Source: Candidatus Sericytochromatia bacterium (GTDB lineage Bacteria; Cyanobacteriota; Sericytochromatia; S15B-MN24; UBA4093). From it: DNA of 64,000 nt. Shown here piece after piece: positions 37,818-48,907 of this stretch. Under the pieces are notes generated by a model, which saw only the letters and a program-made list of their open reading frames with translations, was not told the origin of the DNA and did no database searches. Positions within the stretch are counted from its first letter, which is position 1. Each line of letters begins with the position of its first letter. The stretch lies in assembly GCA_036676985.1 (NCBI GenBank), contig JAKFBU010000076.1, positions 102,032-166,031 on the forward strand. Reading direction: 5' to 3'. A program made the translations under genes and the position numbers.

Positions 37818-38798
37818 TCACGAGGTCGCTTCGATCCGGCAGCGGTTCCGCCCCTCCGCCTTGGCCCGGTACATGGCCTTGTCCGCCCGTGTGACGAGGC
37901 TCTCCGGGGTGTCATGGGTCAGCAAGCTCGCCACCCCCACGCTGATGGTCGGATGGATCACCCCGGTGGGCGTCGGGATGGCGAGCCGCTGGGTCGTGAT
38001 CCGGAGCTTCTCGGCCACCTCCATGGCCTCGCGGGTCCCGGTCTCGGGCAGGACCACCAGGAACTCCTCGCCGCCGTAGCGCACGGGCATGTCGCTCTCG
38101 CGCAGGCCCTCGAGGAGCATCCGGGCGAAGGCCTTGAGCACCTCGTCGCCCGCATCGTGTCCGTGGGCGTCGTTGACCCGCTTGAAGTGGTCCAGGTCGA
38201 TCATGAGCACGCTCAGGGGCCGCTGGTTCCTCCGGGCGAGCGCAATCAAGCGGCCGAAAGAGGCGTCCAGCGCCCGCCGGTTGGGCAACTCCGTCAGGGG
38301 ATCAGTGGCCGAGAGGTGCTTGCTCTCATCGAGCTCCCGGCGGGTCCTGAGCGCCGCGGTGAGCGCGTGCTCGAAGGCCGCTTCGAGCCCGTGCGGCTCG
38401 TCGTCCGCCTTCGCGGGCCAGAAGGCCAGGGCGCCGTACGTCGTGCCGTCGCTCGTCAGGGGCGCGACGCGCAGCTGCGAGAAGGGATCGAAGGGCTCGG
38501 CCAGGGCGACGGAAGAGAGGGATCGCCCCAGCACGAGCCAATCGCGGTCATCGGGGGCCAGGAGCCAGGCGGCCTCGTCCCCGGTCATCCGGCGCGCCGC
38601 GAAGGCGAGCGCGTCGTAGACGGTGGGATCGGGGGTCGGCTGCAGGAGGCCGGCCAACCCCTCGAACGCCCCGGACGAAACCGATTCCGACTCCTGGCCC
38701 GAGACGGGAGCCATGACGTGGTCCGCAAGCTCCTGGGCCGCGAGGTACTTGACCGACTCCAGGCGGAACTCACTCGGCTGCAAGGTCATCGTGGTCAT
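37818..38798 (-). CDS. Diguanylate cyclase (GGDEF)
   Basis: TDPLTELPNRR, DLDHFKRVND, RESD I-site, RYGGEEF, AKAEGRNR. Confidence 0.93.
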   Translation of the reverse strand: MTTMTLQPSEFRLESVKYLAAQELADHVMAPVSGQESESVSSGAFEGLAGLLQPTPDPTVYDALAFAARRMTGDEAAWLLAPDDRDWLVLGRSLSSVALAEPFDPFSQLRVAPLTSDGTTYGALAFWPAKADDEPHGLEAAFEHALTAALRTRRELDESKHLSATDPLTELPNRRALDASFGRLIALARRNQRPLSVLMIDLDHFKRVNDAHGHDAGDEVLKAFARMLLEGLRESDMPVRYGGEEFLVVLPETGTREAMEVAEKLRITTQRLAIPTPTGVIHPTISVGVASLLTHDTPESLVTRADKAMYRAKAEGRNRCRIEATS

Positions 38799-38821
38799 GG
38801 CGCCCACCTCTCATTCATTCG

Positions 38822-41413
38822 CTAGTTCATGGCGGCCATCGGACGCTCGATCGTGATATCCAGCCCGCCCTCCGGCCTGGCGTCCACCTTGAGATGGGCG
38901 CCGTGCAGGTCCGACTCGGTCAAGAGCACCTTGCTCAGGGGCACCTCCACCAGGCGCTTGAGCGCCCGGCGCAAGGGGCGCGCTCCCATCTCGGGGTCGG
39001 TGCCCGCCGCGATGACGTACTCCTTGGCCTCCTCGGTGAGCTCCATGGTCAGGCCCTGCCCGTGTAGCTTGCGGCGGGTGTGCTCCAGGAGGCCGTCGAG
39101 GATCTGCCCCAGCTGGTCCGGGTCGAGCGGATGGAAGACCACGATCTCGTCCAGGCGGTTGAGGAACTCCGGCTTGAAGATGCCCCGCAGGGCCAACATG
39201 GCCGTGCGGCTGATGCTCTCGAAGTCGTCGCCCGCCCGGGACTGGTTGGCGATGGCCAGCGCCCCGGCGTTGGAGGTCATGAGCACGATGGTGTTCTTGA
39301 AGTCCACCACCCGCCCCTGGCCGTCCGTTAGCCGGCCGTCGTCCAGGACCTGCAGGAGGACGTTGAAGATGTCCGGATGCGCCTTCTCGATCTCGTCGAA
39401 CAGCAGGATCGAGTAGGGCCGGCGCCGCACGGCCTCGGTGAGCTGGCCGGCCTCCTCGAAGCCCACGTAGCCCGGAGGGGCGCCGAGGAGACGGGCGACG
39501 GTGTGCTTCTCGCCGTACTCGCTCATGTCGAAGCGCACGAGCGCCCGGGCGTCGTCGAAGAGGAACTCGGCGAGCGCCTTGGCCGTCTCGGTCTTGCCGA
39601 CGCCCGTCGGGCCGACGAAGAGCAGAGAGGCGATCGGTCGGTTGGCATCCTTCAGGCCCGTGCGGGCGAGCCTCACGGCCTCGGAGACGGCCCGGACGGC
39701 CTCCTCCTGGCCGATGATCCGCTTGCGGAGGATCTCCTCCATCTCGAGGAGCCGCGCCGTCTCCTCGAGGGCGAGGCGGGTGCTGGGGATGCCCGTCCAC
39801 TTGGAGAGGATGCGCGCGATCCCCTCGGGCGTGACCTCGGGGGCATCTGCCGCGCGCTCGGTGGCGAGGCGTGCCTGGTGGGCCGCGATCTTCTCCTTGA
39901 CCATCCGCAGCTGGTCGCGCAGGCGCCCGGCGTCCTCGAACCGCTCGGCGGCCACGGCCGCGGCCAGATCCTTGCCGAGCTCGCCCGAGGCGGCCTCGAG
40001 CCGGGTCAGCTCCTCGGTGGGCGAGTGCTCCTCCAGGCGCACCATGGCGGCCGCCTCGTCGAGCAGATCGATGGCCTTGTCCGGCAGAAAGCGGTCGGTG
40101 ACGTAGCGGTCCGAGAGCTCGACCGCCGCGATGATGGCCAGATCCGAGAGACGGACGCGGTGGTGGGCCTCGAGGCGATCGCGCAGGCCGCGCAAGATCT
40201 CGATGCTCTCCTCGGCCGAGGGCTCGCTCACCATGACGGGCTGGAAGCGGCGGGCGAGGGCGGCGTCCTTTTCGATGTGCCGCCGGTACTCGTCGAGGGT
40301 GGTGGCGCCGACGCACTGCAGCTCGCCGCGGGCGAGAGCGGGCTTGAGGAGGTTCGCGGCGTCCATCGCGCCCTCGGCGTTGCCCGCACCGACCACCGTG
40401 TGCAGCTCGTCGATGAAGAGGATGGCGTAGCCCTGCTGGGCCGTCACCTCCTCGAGCAGCGCCTTGAGGCGCTCCTCGAACTCGCCCCGGTACTTGGTGC
40501 CGGCGACCATGCCGGCGAGATCCAGGGCGTAGACCTTCTTGTCGCGCAAGACGTCGGGCACGTCTCCCGAGACGATGCGCTGGGCGAGGCCCTCGGCGAT
40601 GGCGGTCTTGCCGACGCCGGGCTCGCCGATGAGGACCGGGTTGTTCTTGGTCATGCGGCTGAGGACGTGGATGATGCGGCCGATCTCCTGATTTCGGCCG
40701 ATGACGGGGCTGAGCTGCTTGCGCTCGGCCATGTCCGTGAGGTCGCGGGCGAAGCGGGCGAGGGCCGAGTCGTCGCCGGGCGTTCTTCCGCCTCGGGGCG
40801 CCGTTCTCTCGGCCTGCTCGCCCTTTAAGTTGAGCCCCTTGTCGGGGGCGAGGCCTTGGCGATGCAGGAGCAGAGCGCCAAGGCTCTCGCCCTCGTGAAG
40901 GATGCCCATCAGGAGGTGTTCCGGGCCCAGGAAGCGGTGCCCCTCTCTCAATCCCTCCTGATGAGCATGCTGCATGGCCCGCTTGAGGTGCGGGGCCATG
41001 GTGACTCTCGCCGCGTGGACGGGGGTCCGGCGCGGCAAGAGACCTTCCAGTTCGGAAGTGAGTCGCCGGGGGTCGATGCCGGCATTGCGCAGCGTTGCGC
41101 CGGCCTCGGTGTCGCTGTCGAGCAGGGCGAGGAGGACGAACTCGCTGCGCAGCTCGTCGTAGCCCCACGAGAGGGCGAGCTGTGCGGCGTCCTCGAGGAT
41201 CTGGCGAGCCTCCTCGGTCAGGGCGTCGAGGGGGCTGACGCTCCGGCCGTAGGCGCTGTCCAGGAGCTCGTTTGCCAGGGTGCTCATGGACCAGGGCGAT
41301 CGCAAGGCACTCGCGCACTGGGCGCAGAGCTCCATGCCGGCCGAACGGCCGTCGACGGTCTGGCGATACCGGAACGTGGCGGGACGCGAGCCGCAGCGTT
41401 GACACGGGGTCAT
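38822..41413 (-). CDS. Clp/Hsp100 ATPase with N-terminal Zn finger and Clp_N domain (ClpG/ClpK-like architecture)
   Basis: CQRC..CAQC N-terminus; GEPGVGKT and GPTGVGKT Walker A motifs; short UVR-like middle domain; no IGF/LGF loop seen. Confidence 0.85.
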   Translation of the reverse strand: MTPCQRCGSRPATFRYRQTVDGRSAGMELCAQCASALRSPWSMSTLANELLDSAYGRSVSPLDALTEEARQILEDAAQLALSWGYDELRSEFVLLALLDSDTEAGATLRNAGIDPRRLTSELEGLLPRRTPVHAARVTMAPHLKRAMQHAHQEGLREGHRFLGPEHLLMGILHEGESLGALLLHRQGLAPDKGLNLKGEQAERTAPRGGRTPGDDSALARFARDLTDMAERKQLSPVIGRNQEIGRIIHVLSRMTKNNPVLIGEPGVGKTAIAEGLAQRIVSGDVPDVLRDKKVYALDLAGMVAGTKYRGEFEERLKALLEEVTAQQGYAILFIDELHTVVGAGNAEGAMDAANLLKPALARGELQCVGATTLDEYRRHIEKDAALARRFQPVMVSEPSAEESIEILRGLRDRLEAHHRVRLSDLAIIAAVELSDRYVTDRFLPDKAIDLLDEAAAMVRLEEHSPTEELTRLEAASGELGKDLAAAVAAERFEDAGRLRDQLRMVKEKIAAHQARLATERAADAPEVTPEGIARILSKWTGIPSTRLALEETARLLEMEEILRKRIIGQEEAVRAVSEAVRLARTGLKDANRPIASLLFVGPTGVGKTETAKALAEFLFDDARALVRFDMSEYGEKHTVARLLGAPPGYVGFEEAGQLTEAVRRRPYSILLFDEIEKAHPDIFNVLLQVLDDGRLTDGQGRVVDFKNTIVLMTSNAGALAIANQSRAGDDFESISRTAMLALRGIFKPEFLNRLDEIVVFHPLDPDQLGQILDGLLEHTRRKLHGQGLTMELTEEAKEYVIAAGTDPEMGARPLRRALKRLVEVPLSKVLLTESDLHGAHLKVDARPEGGLDITIERPMAAMN

Positions 41414-41694
41414 GAGCCACCTCCTCTGCGACGAGCAGGAATCTTCACGTCTTCAGGTTAACGCTTGTAAAGCAGGAAATCGTCCGTGCGCACTACCGTT
41501 CCTGCAAAGCGCCTATCTGTGCGGTTTTTGGTCGGGTGGACGTCTCCGGCCATGCACGGGAAGGTCCATGATGCTGTGACGACCTTCGGATCGGCGTATC
41601 AAGCGGCGGAGAATCCGGAAAAGATGCGGAAGCGCAGGTCGGCCTGGTCAAGCTAGCATTGGAGCGTTCCGGCTTTTTGCGAGGAGAACGCGCC

Positions 41695-43014
41695 ATGAAA
41701 TTGCACTCGGACTGGCAGCAGCAGGCGGTGAGCCCTGCCGAGGCAGTCGCCGTCATCCAGAGCGGTCACAAGGTCTTCATCCACGGGGCCTGCGCGACCC
41801 CGCTCCCGCTCGTGGAGGCGCTGAGCAAGCGCCGGGACGTCGAAGGCGTGGACGTCTACCACCTGCACATCTCGGGCCCGGCCTATCACGTGAGCCCCGA
41901 GCTGCAGGGCCGCATCCGCGCGCACTCGCTCTTCTCGGCGGCCAACATCCGCGGGGCGGTCAACGAGGGCCTGGCGGACCACATCCCCATCTTCCTTTCG
42001 GACGTGCCGGGGCTCTTCCAGTCGGGCCGGGTGCCCCTGGACGTGGCCATCGTCCAGCTCTCGTATCCGGACGAGCACGGCTTCTGCACGCTCGGCACCT
42101 CGGTGGACACGGCCCGGGCGGCTGTGGATACGGCGCAGGTCGTCGTCGCCGAGATCAACCGCCGGATGCCCCGCACGCTCGGACAGAGCCTGGTGCACAT
42201 CAGCGAGATCGATCGCTTCGTCCTCACGGACCGGCCGCTGCTGAGCCACGAGCCGCCCGTCCTGACGGACGTGGAGCGCGCCATCGGCCAGCAGATCGCG
42301 GACCTCATCGAGGACGGCTCGACGCTGCAGATGGGCATCGGCGGCATCCCGGACGCGGTGCTGGCGCTATTGGGCAACAAGGTGGACCTGGGCATCCACA
42401 CGGAGATGTTCTCGGACGGCGTGGTGCCCTTGGCGGAAGGCGGGGTCATCACCAACCGCCGCAAGAGCGTCCACAAGGGCCAGATCATCACGAGCTTCGT
42501 GAATGGCAGCGAGAAGCTGTTCGACTTCATCGACAACAACCCCTCGGTCGAGTTCTATCCGTGCGACATCACCAACGACACGGCGCTCATCCGCAAGCAT
42601 GACCGGATGGTGGCCATCAACAGCGCCATCGAGATCGACGTGACGGGCCAGGTCTGCGCTGACTCCATCGGGTTCAAGGTCTTCTCGGGCATCGGCGGGC
42701 AGATGGACTTCATCCGCGGGGCAGCCCTGTCCAAGGGCGGCAAGCCCATCATCGCGTTGCCCTCGACGGCCAAGAGCGGCACGGTCTCGCGCATCGTCCC
42801 GTCGCTCAACCCTGGGGCGGGCGTGGTCACGACCCGTGGGCACGTGCACTGGGTGGTAACGGAGTACGGGGCGGTCAACCTGCACGGGTTGTCGCTGCGG
42901 GAGCGGGCGGAGGCGCTGATCTCGATCGCTCACCCGGACTTCCGCATGCAATTGCGGGAGGAGATCAAGGACAAGCGCGTGTTCTCGATATACGCGCCGG
43001 TGCCAGTCTGCTAG
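41695..43014 (+). CDS. Acetyl-CoA hydrolase / 4-hydroxybutyrate CoA-transferase family protein (paralog 2)
   Basis: LQMGIGGIP, HTEMF, GQVCADSIG, GIGGQMDF, VTEYG. Confidence 0.92.
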   Translation: MKLHSDWQQQAVSPAEAVAVIQSGHKVFIHGACATPLPLVEALSKRRDVEGVDVYHLHISGPAYHVSPELQGRIRAHSLFSAANIRGAVNEGLADHIPIFLSDVPGLFQSGRVPLDVAIVQLSYPDEHGFCTLGTSVDTARAAVDTAQVVVAEINRRMPRTLGQSLVHISEIDRFVLTDRPLLSHEPPVLTDVERAIGQQIADLIEDGSTLQMGIGGIPDAVLALLGNKVDLGIHTEMFSDGVVPLAEGGVITNRRKSVHKGQIITSFVNGSEKLFDFIDNNPSVEFYPCDITNDTALIRKHDRMVAINSAIEIDVTGQVCADSIGFKVFSGIGGQMDFIRGAALSKGGKPIIALPSTAKSGTVSRIVPSLNPGAGVVTTRGHVHWVVTEYGAVNLHGLSLRERAEALISIAHPDFRMQLREEIKDKRVFSIYAPVPVC

Positions 43015-43118
43015 GAACCCACTTAATGGTGGCGGGGAGGAATCGCTTCCCCGCCATTAACGTGTCTATCGCCCGGTATGAGCAGTTATGCGATAATGCT
43101 TTTCGGACTATCACCATT

Positions 43119-43191
43119 GGAGGTGTAGCTCAACGGTCAGAGCAGGGGACTCATAATCCCTTGGTTCAGGGTTCGAATCCCTGCGCCTCCA
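43119..43191 (+). tRNA. tRNA with CAT anticodon (likely Ile2; elongator Met possible), CCA not encoded
   Basis: GGAGGTG/CGCCTCC acceptor stem, TAGCTCA D-arm, CT-CAT-AA anticodon loop, GGTTCGAATCC T-arm. Confidence 0.93.
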
Positions 43192-43320
43192 CTCACTTCG
43201 ATCTAGATTTTGTGTGGGTTTCCGGCGATCGTAGGTTCGCCGGGACCTTCGTCTTTTTGGGGCAAGACAGCCCAACCGACTGACCAAGTCGATCCTAGAG
43301 GTTTCCGGTCAAGATCGAGT

Positions 43321-43870
43321 TCATGGTCTGGGCCGCCCCCGCTGTGTCTCCGGGAGGACGTGCGCGTAGGTGTTCATCGTGACGGCGATCTGGCTGTGGT
43401 CGAGGACGCCAATGATCACCCGCATGTTCGTGTTCTCGGCGATCAGGAGGGCCGCGCAGCAGTGGCGCAGATCATGGAACTGCTGGCGAGGGAGGCCAAG
43501 GTCGGCCAGCATGTGCCGGGAAGTGGTGAGTGATGTTGCTGGCGTGGATGGGAGGCCCGGTCGGCATGGTGAAGACCAGCTTCAGCTCGTCATTCCATGC
43601 CGCTCCCGAGCGTAGCTTCTCGGCAGCTTGCTTGACTTCATGATGTTTGAGATCTTCATGACGACCTCCGCCACCACCAGCGTTCGCCGCGATCGGGCGG
43701 TCTTAACGTCTAGCAGCTTGAACTCGCCTTCGAGCCATTGGAGGTTGTGCCGAATCCGGATGACACCCGCCTGGAATCGACGTCATCCCAAATCAATCCG
43801 AGCGCCTCACCCTGGCGGAGCCCGGTCGCGAAGGGGTGGTGGCCAAGCTGAGGCATGGGGTGCATAAGCT
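43321..43870 (-). pseudogene. Fragmented tyrosine integrase
   Basis: ATGLRQGEALGLIWDDVD box I fragment (~43780-43830) and FHDLRH...HSQIAVTMNTYAH box II fragment (43321-43512) lie in separate broken ORFs. Confidence 0.82.
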
Positions 43871-44025
43871 GACGTTTTTGTGTCTTTATGATCGGTAGTG
43901 GTGCCCCTTCCGGCAAGGGGCGAGTAGCTTTGCTGTGCCCTGGTCTCGTTCTAGCCTTGGCTGCTATGATAATCAAGCGAGGTTGCTTGCTCACTGAGAG
44001 CAGTAGATTGTCAGGAGTATTGCCC

Positions 44026-45588
44026 GTGGCTCGTGGACGGAAGGTAGCTACCAGCGATCCAGGGCCTGCTAAAGCCCTTGGGTTCGAGGAGAAGCTCTGG
44101 GCTGCTGCCGACAAGATGCGCGGTCACATGGACGCAGCCGAGTACAAGCACGTCGTTCTCGGCCTCCTGTTCCTCAAGTACATCTCAGATGCCTTTGCGG
44201 AAAAGCACTCGTTTCTAGAAGCAGAGGCCGGAGCTGATCCAGAGGATCGCGACGAGTACCTGGCAGACAACATCTTCTGGGTGCCCCAGGAAGCTCGGTG
44301 GGTCTTTTTCCAGGCCCAGGCCAAGCAGCCCACGATCGGCAAGCTCATCGACGACGCAATGGTGGCGATCGAGAAGGAGAACCCTGGCCTGCGAGGTGTG
44401 CTCCCGAAGGACTACGCCCGGCCCGCGCTCGACAAGCGCCTGTTGGGTGAGCTGATCGACCTGCTCAGCGGTATCGGTCTAGGGGACCAGGAGCACCGCT
44501 CGAAGGACGTGCTGGGCCGCGTGTACGAGTACTTCCTTGGCCGGTTCGCGAGCGCCGAGGGCAAGGGGGGAGGAGAGTTTTACACGCCCCAGTCGGTCGT
44601 TCGCCTTCTGGTCGAGATGATCGAGCCCCTCAAGGGCCGGGTCTATGACCCGTGCTGTGGGTCGGGTGGCATGTTCGTGCAGTCGGAGAAGTTCGTGGAG
44701 GCCCATGGTGGTCGACTTGGCGACCTGTCGATCTACGGCCAGGAGTCAAACCCCACGACCTGGCGGCTGGCCAAGATGAACCTCGCGATCCGGGGGTTGG
44801 ATGCGAACATCGGCCCCCAGCATGCCGACACCCTCCGGAACGATCTGCACAAGGACCTGAAGGCCGATTACATTCTCGCGAATCCCCCATTCAACATCTC
44901 GGACTGGGGTGGAGCAGCGCTGCGGGATGACGTGCGCTGGCGCTTCGGGCCACCGCCCGTGGGCAACGCCAACTACGCCTGGGTCCAGCATATGATCCAC
45001 CACCTCTCCCCGAATGGGTTGGCGGGCTTCGTCCTGGCCAACGGGTCCATGTCCAGCCAGCAGTCCGGCGAGGGTGAGATCCGCAAGGCTCTGGTCGAGG
45101 CGGACTTGGTGGATTGCATGGTGGCGCTGCCTGGTCAGCTCTTCTATACCACGCAGATACCCGTCTGCCTGTGGTTCCTGGCCCGCAACAAGCGGTCGCC
45201 CAAGTATCGGGATCGCAAAGGCGAGGTCCTGTTCATCGACGCCCGGAAGCTGGGGGTCATGGTGGACCGGACCCACCGCGAGCTGACGGACGAAGTCCTC
45301 GCCCGGATCACCCGCACGTACCACGCCTGGCGGGGCGAGCAGGGTGTCGGAGAGTACGAGGATGTGCCCGGATTTTGCAAGAGCGCGACCCTGGCCGAGA
45401 TCATGGTCCACGGCTACGTGCTCACGCCAGGCCGCTACGTGGGAGCTGAAGAGGTCGAGGATGATGACGAGCCCTTTGCGGCAAAAATGCAACGGCTTGT
45501 TGCACAATTGGAGGCTCAGTTCGCCGAGGGTGTCCGGCTGGAGGCCGCCATTCGAAGGAATCTTCAAGGGCTCGTTCAAAATGACTAG
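44026..45588 (+). CDS. hsdM: Type I RM methyltransferase subunit M
   Basis: [39 protein letters not shown]. Confidence 0.96.
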   Translation: MARGRKVATSDPGPAKALGFEEKLWAAADKMRGHMDAAEYKHVVLGLLFLKYISDAFAEKHSFLEAEAGADPEDRDEYLADNIFWVPQEARWVFFQAQAKQPTIGKLIDDAMVAIEKENPGLRGVLPKDYARPALDKRLLGELIDLLSGIGLGDQEHRSKDVLGRVYEYFLGRFASAEGKGGGEFYTPQSVVRLLVEMIEPLKGRVYDPCCGSGGMFVQSEKFVEAHGGRLGDLSIYGQESNPTTWRLAKMNLAIRGLDANIGPQHADTLRNDLHKDLKADYILANPPFNISDWGGAALRDDVRWRFGPPPVGNANYAWVQHMIHHLSPNGLAGFVLANGSMSSQQSGEGEIRKALVEADLVDCMVALPGQLFYTTQIPVCLWFLARNKRSPKYRDRKGEVLFIDARKLGVMVDRTHRELTDEVLARITRTYHAWRGEQGVGEYEDVPGFCKSATLAEIMVHGYVLTPGRYVGAEEVEDDDEPFAAKMQRLVAQLEAQFAEGVRLEAAIRRNLQGLVQND

Positions 45589-45636
45589 GCAAAATTCATG
45601 CTTGAAATGTCAAGCACGGTGGAGTAGAGTGTACTG

Positions 45637-45693
45637 TACTACACCCGCCGGGCCTCTGCCGAAAGGCATGCTATCTCTCGGCGGGTCTTTTTT
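45637..45693 (+). ncRNA. Candidate abiF-type antitoxin/leader RNA
   Basis: Promoter TTGAAA-17-TAGAGT (45602-45630); ACCCGCCG...CGGCGGGT stem with inner GCC-GAAA-GGC hairpin, followed by T6, immediately before the Abi gene. Confidence 0.6.
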
Positions 45694-45708
45694 ATGCGGA
45701 GGCGTGTC

Positions 45709-46713
45709 GTGAACTACGACAAGCCGCCGCTGAACTTTGAGCAGCAAGCGAATCTTTTGATCGAACGAGGCATGACTGGCGACGTCGAAGTCATTGCCCA
45801 ACGCTTGGCTTCGGTCAATTATTATCGCCTGAGCGGCTATTGGTATCCATTCAGAAACCCGGATGACTCCTTCAAGGCAGGAACATCCTTCGAGACGGTC
45901 TGGAATCGGTATGCTTTTGACCGCCGCTTCCGCCTGCTGGTGATGGATGCCATCGAGCGTGTCGAGATTGCGGTCCGATGCCAGCTCTCTTATCACCTGG
46001 CACACGACTTTGGCGCGTTTGGATACGCCACCAATCCTCTCGCCCTCCCGAAGCTTCGCCCAGAGGAGCGTGCCCAGTTCCTGGATCGCGTTCGAGACGA
46101 GGTCAACCGAAGCCGAGAGACCTTTGTCGCGCACTTCAAGACCAAGTATGGTGACGTCCATTCAGATTTGCCCATCTGGATGGCGACGGAGCTGATGTCT
46201 TTCGGCAGCATCATCACGCTGTTTCGAGGCTCCCCAAAGCACACGAAAAATGCCATCGCTTCAACCTTTGGCATGCCACCTGAGGTCCTCAGCTCCTGGC
46301 TGCTGAGTATCAACGCGGTCCGAAATATCTGCGCACATCATGGGCGGCTGTGGAACCGTGTTCTGGGCGTCAAGCCGATGATTCCTCGCAAGAGCGACTA
46401 CCCCGTCTGGCACGAACCCGTCAAGGTTGAGAACGATCGTGTGTTCGGGATGCTAACCATCAGCAACTACTGCTTGGCGCGGATCGCACCGCAGAGTCGT
46501 TGGTCAGAGCGGCTTCGAGCCCTTTTTGTGGAGTTCCCCGATATTCCCCAAGGTGACATGGGCTTTCCTGAGGACTGGTCTAAGTCGCCCCTCTGGCTTG
46601 GTCGCAAGCCAGAGGGGGGTCAGTCCGCCAGCCCTGAGCAAGAAAAAGCTCAGAGCAAGAATCTGGATGAAATTGTGCAGGTCTCTCCTGCACAATTCAA
46701 CCTGACTGATTAG
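45709..46713 (+). CDS. Abi family (AbiD/AbiF-type) HEPN RNase
   Basis: YDKPPL..EQQ..L, VNYYRLSGY, PIW..E.MSFG, RNICAHHGRLWN (RxxxxH). Confidence 0.88.
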   Translation: MNYDKPPLNFEQQANLLIERGMTGDVEVIAQRLASVNYYRLSGYWYPFRNPDDSFKAGTSFETVWNRYAFDRRFRLLVMDAIERVEIAVRCQLSYHLAHDFGAFGYATNPLALPKLRPEERAQFLDRVRDEVNRSRETFVAHFKTKYGDVHSDLPIWMATELMSFGSIITLFRGSPKHTKNAIASTFGMPPEVLSSWLLSINAVRNICAHHGRLWNRVLGVKPMIPRKSDYPVWHEPVKVENDRVFGMLTISNYCLARIAPQSRWSERLRALFVEFPDIPQGDMGFPEDWSKSPLWLGRKPEGGQSASPEQEKAQSKNLDEIVQVSPAQFNLTD

Positions 46714-46722
46714 AGGATTTGT

Positions 46723-47967
46723 ATGGATTCGACGTGGCGATCAATCAAGGTCGGCGACATCGCGGCCAAGGAACGAAACGCGCTGGTTGGCGGCCCATTC
46801 GGTTCCAACTTGATTTCCAGGGATTACGTGGACTTTGGCGTTCCTGTTGTCCGCGGCCAGAACATGGGCGACCGTTACCTTAAAGGACCTTTTGCTTACG
46901 TTACTCCTGAGAAGGCTCAACATTTGCAGGCGAATCTCACGCGACCTGGCGATCTCGTCTTCACCCAGCGAGGAACCATCGGACAAGTCTCCATCGTACC
47001 TGATGACTACTATCCTGAGTATTTGCTCTCGCAAAGCCAGATGAAGCTTACGGTTGATCCCTCAGTCGCAGACCCGCGCTTCTTCTACTACTATTTTACG
47101 AGTCCACAGCATCGTGAATATGAACATCAGCACACGATCCAGACGGGAGTCCCCCACACCAATCTCGGCATCTTGAGAAACTCTCCTGTCCCGCTCCCCC
47201 CACTGCCGGAGCAGCGGGCGATCGCCCACATCCTCGGCACTCTCGATGACAAGATCGAGCTGAACCGGAAGATGACCGAAACCCTGGAAGAAATGGCCCA
47301 GGCCCTGTTCGATGATTGGTCTCGGAGGACCATATCAGGTCGCATGAAGGTTGCTGACCTTGTTGCAAGTTTGGTCCTGGAAATAGGCGATGGGTATCGA
47401 GCGAAGAACGATGAGCTTGGAAGTCCAGGAATCCCCTTCATCAGAGCTGCAGATCTGAAGGATGGTATCAATACTGAGGATGCCGACCGCTTACGGAATG
47501 AGCGCGTCGAAAAAGCTGGTACAAAGATCGCCCGGTTGGGTGATGTTGCATTCACCTCAAAGGGAACGGTTGGCCGTGTGGCAAGAGTGGGAGAAACAGT
47601 CGAGCCGTTCGTCTACTCCCCTCAGGTTTGCTACTGGCGCTCGCTACGACCAGAAGTGATCCATCCAGCGGTGCTTTATTGCTGGATGCGAGGCAGTGAT
47701 TTCGCCGATCAGATACAGTCGCTTTCAGCTCAAACCGACATGGCGCCATATGTCTCCTTGAGGGATCAGCGCGGGATGAGTATGCCGTTATTCCCGGCGG
47801 ATCAAGGCGACATGGCCGACAGGCTCGCACCACTGCTGCACCGCCGCTCGCTACTAGACCACGAGGCTACAACCCTCTCACATCTTCGCGACATCCTCCT
47901 ACCCCAGCTACTATCAAACGAACTCCGAGTTTCTGTTGCCGAGAAGCAGCTGGAGGCTGCCCTATGA
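46723..47967 (+). CDS. hsdS: Type I RM specificity subunit S
   Basis: GPFGS TRD; PPLPEQRAIAHILGTLDDKIELN; LRDILLPQLLS. Confidence 0.93.
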   Translation: MDSTWRSIKVGDIAAKERNALVGGPFGSNLISRDYVDFGVPVVRGQNMGDRYLKGPFAYVTPEKAQHLQANLTRPGDLVFTQRGTIGQVSIVPDDYYPEYLLSQSQMKLTVDPSVADPRFFYYYFTSPQHREYEHQHTIQTGVPHTNLGILRNSPVPLPPLPEQRAIAHILGTLDDKIELNRKMTETLEEMAQALFDDWSRRTISGRMKVADLVASLVLEIGDGYRAKNDELGSPGIPFIRAADLKDGINTEDADRLRNERVEKAGTKIARLGDVAFTSKGTVGRVARVGETVEPFVYSPQVCYWRSLRPEVIHPAVLYCWMRGSDFADQIQSLSAQTDMAPYVSLRDQRGMSMPLFPADQGDMADRLAPLLHRRSLLDHEATTLSHLRDILLPQLLSNELRVSVAEKQLEAAL

Positions 47968-48896
47968 CCGCGAAGCCGCCCCTGGGCCGTCTGGAAAAGG
48001 TCAAGCTCCGTGACTACTGGGAGCACGAGGCTCTGGCCTTCACCCCCTGGCTTGCCCAGGATGAGAACCTCCAACTGCTAGGTGACGCCATCGGCATGCC
48101 GCTGGAGGTGGTCAAGAAGGAGGCTTCGGTCGGCCCCTTCAACGCCGACATCCTCTGCAAGCTGCCCCTGACCGACCACTACGTCCTGATCGAGAACCAG
48201 ATCGAGAAGACCGACCACACCCACCTCGGCCAGATCCTAACCTACGCCGCTGGGTTGAACGCGGTCACGATCGTATGGATCGCCGCCACTTTCACGGACG
48301 AACACCGGGCGGCCCTCGACTGGCTCAACCGGATCACGCACGAGGGCCTCAACTTCTTCGGCCTGGAAATCGAACTGTGGCGCATCGGCGACTCCCCGGC
48401 GGCACCGAAGTTCAATATCGTCTGCAAGCCCAACGACTGGGCCAAGCAGGTCGCCGATGCTGCTGCCGGGGGAGAGGTCACGGGGACCGGCAAGGTGTAC
48501 TTGGAGTACTGGACCGGGTTCAACCAGGAGGTCGAGGCAAACGGCAAGCTGATCAACCGGGTCAAGCCCGGCAAGTCGAACTGGCTGACCTACGGCGCGG
48601 GCAGCAGCGAGATCACCTTGGAGGCGGTTGCTAACGTCCCCAGCAACTGGGTCGCCTCTCGTGTCGTCTTCAAGACCAAGGAGATGTACAACGCCCTGAA
48701 GCTGTCCCAGGCCGACATCGAATCCCAGTTCGGGGGCCCGGTCGAGTGGATCGATGACAGTGGCAGAATCGTCGTCAAGCACTCGGCGGACCTTGCCAAC
48801 CGGGATACCTGGCCGGAACTGTACGCCTGGCAACTCCAGACCCTGGAGAAGACCATCCAGATCATCACGCCTCGGGTCAAGGCGCTCAAATCGTAG
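47964..48896 (+). CDS. DUF4268-type protein with N-terminal PD-(D/E)xK-like nuclease region
   Basis: [32 protein letters not shown]. Confidence 0.75.
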   Translation: MTAKPPLGRLEKVKLRDYWEHEALAFTPWLAQDENLQLLGDAIGMPLEVVKKEASVGPFNADILCKLPLTDHYVLIENQIEKTDHTHLGQILTYAAGLNAVTIVWIAATFTDEHRAALDWLNRITHEGLNFFGLEIELWRIGDSPAAPKFNIVCKPNDWAKQVADAAAGGEVTGTGKVYLEYWTGFNQEVEANGKLINRVKPGKSNWLTYGAGSSEITLEAVANVPSNWVASRVVFKTKEMYNALKLSQADIESQFGGPVEWIDDSGRIVVKHSADLANRDTWPELYAWQLQTLEKTIQIITPRVKALKS

Positions 48897-48907
48897 CGGA
48901 GGCTCAC

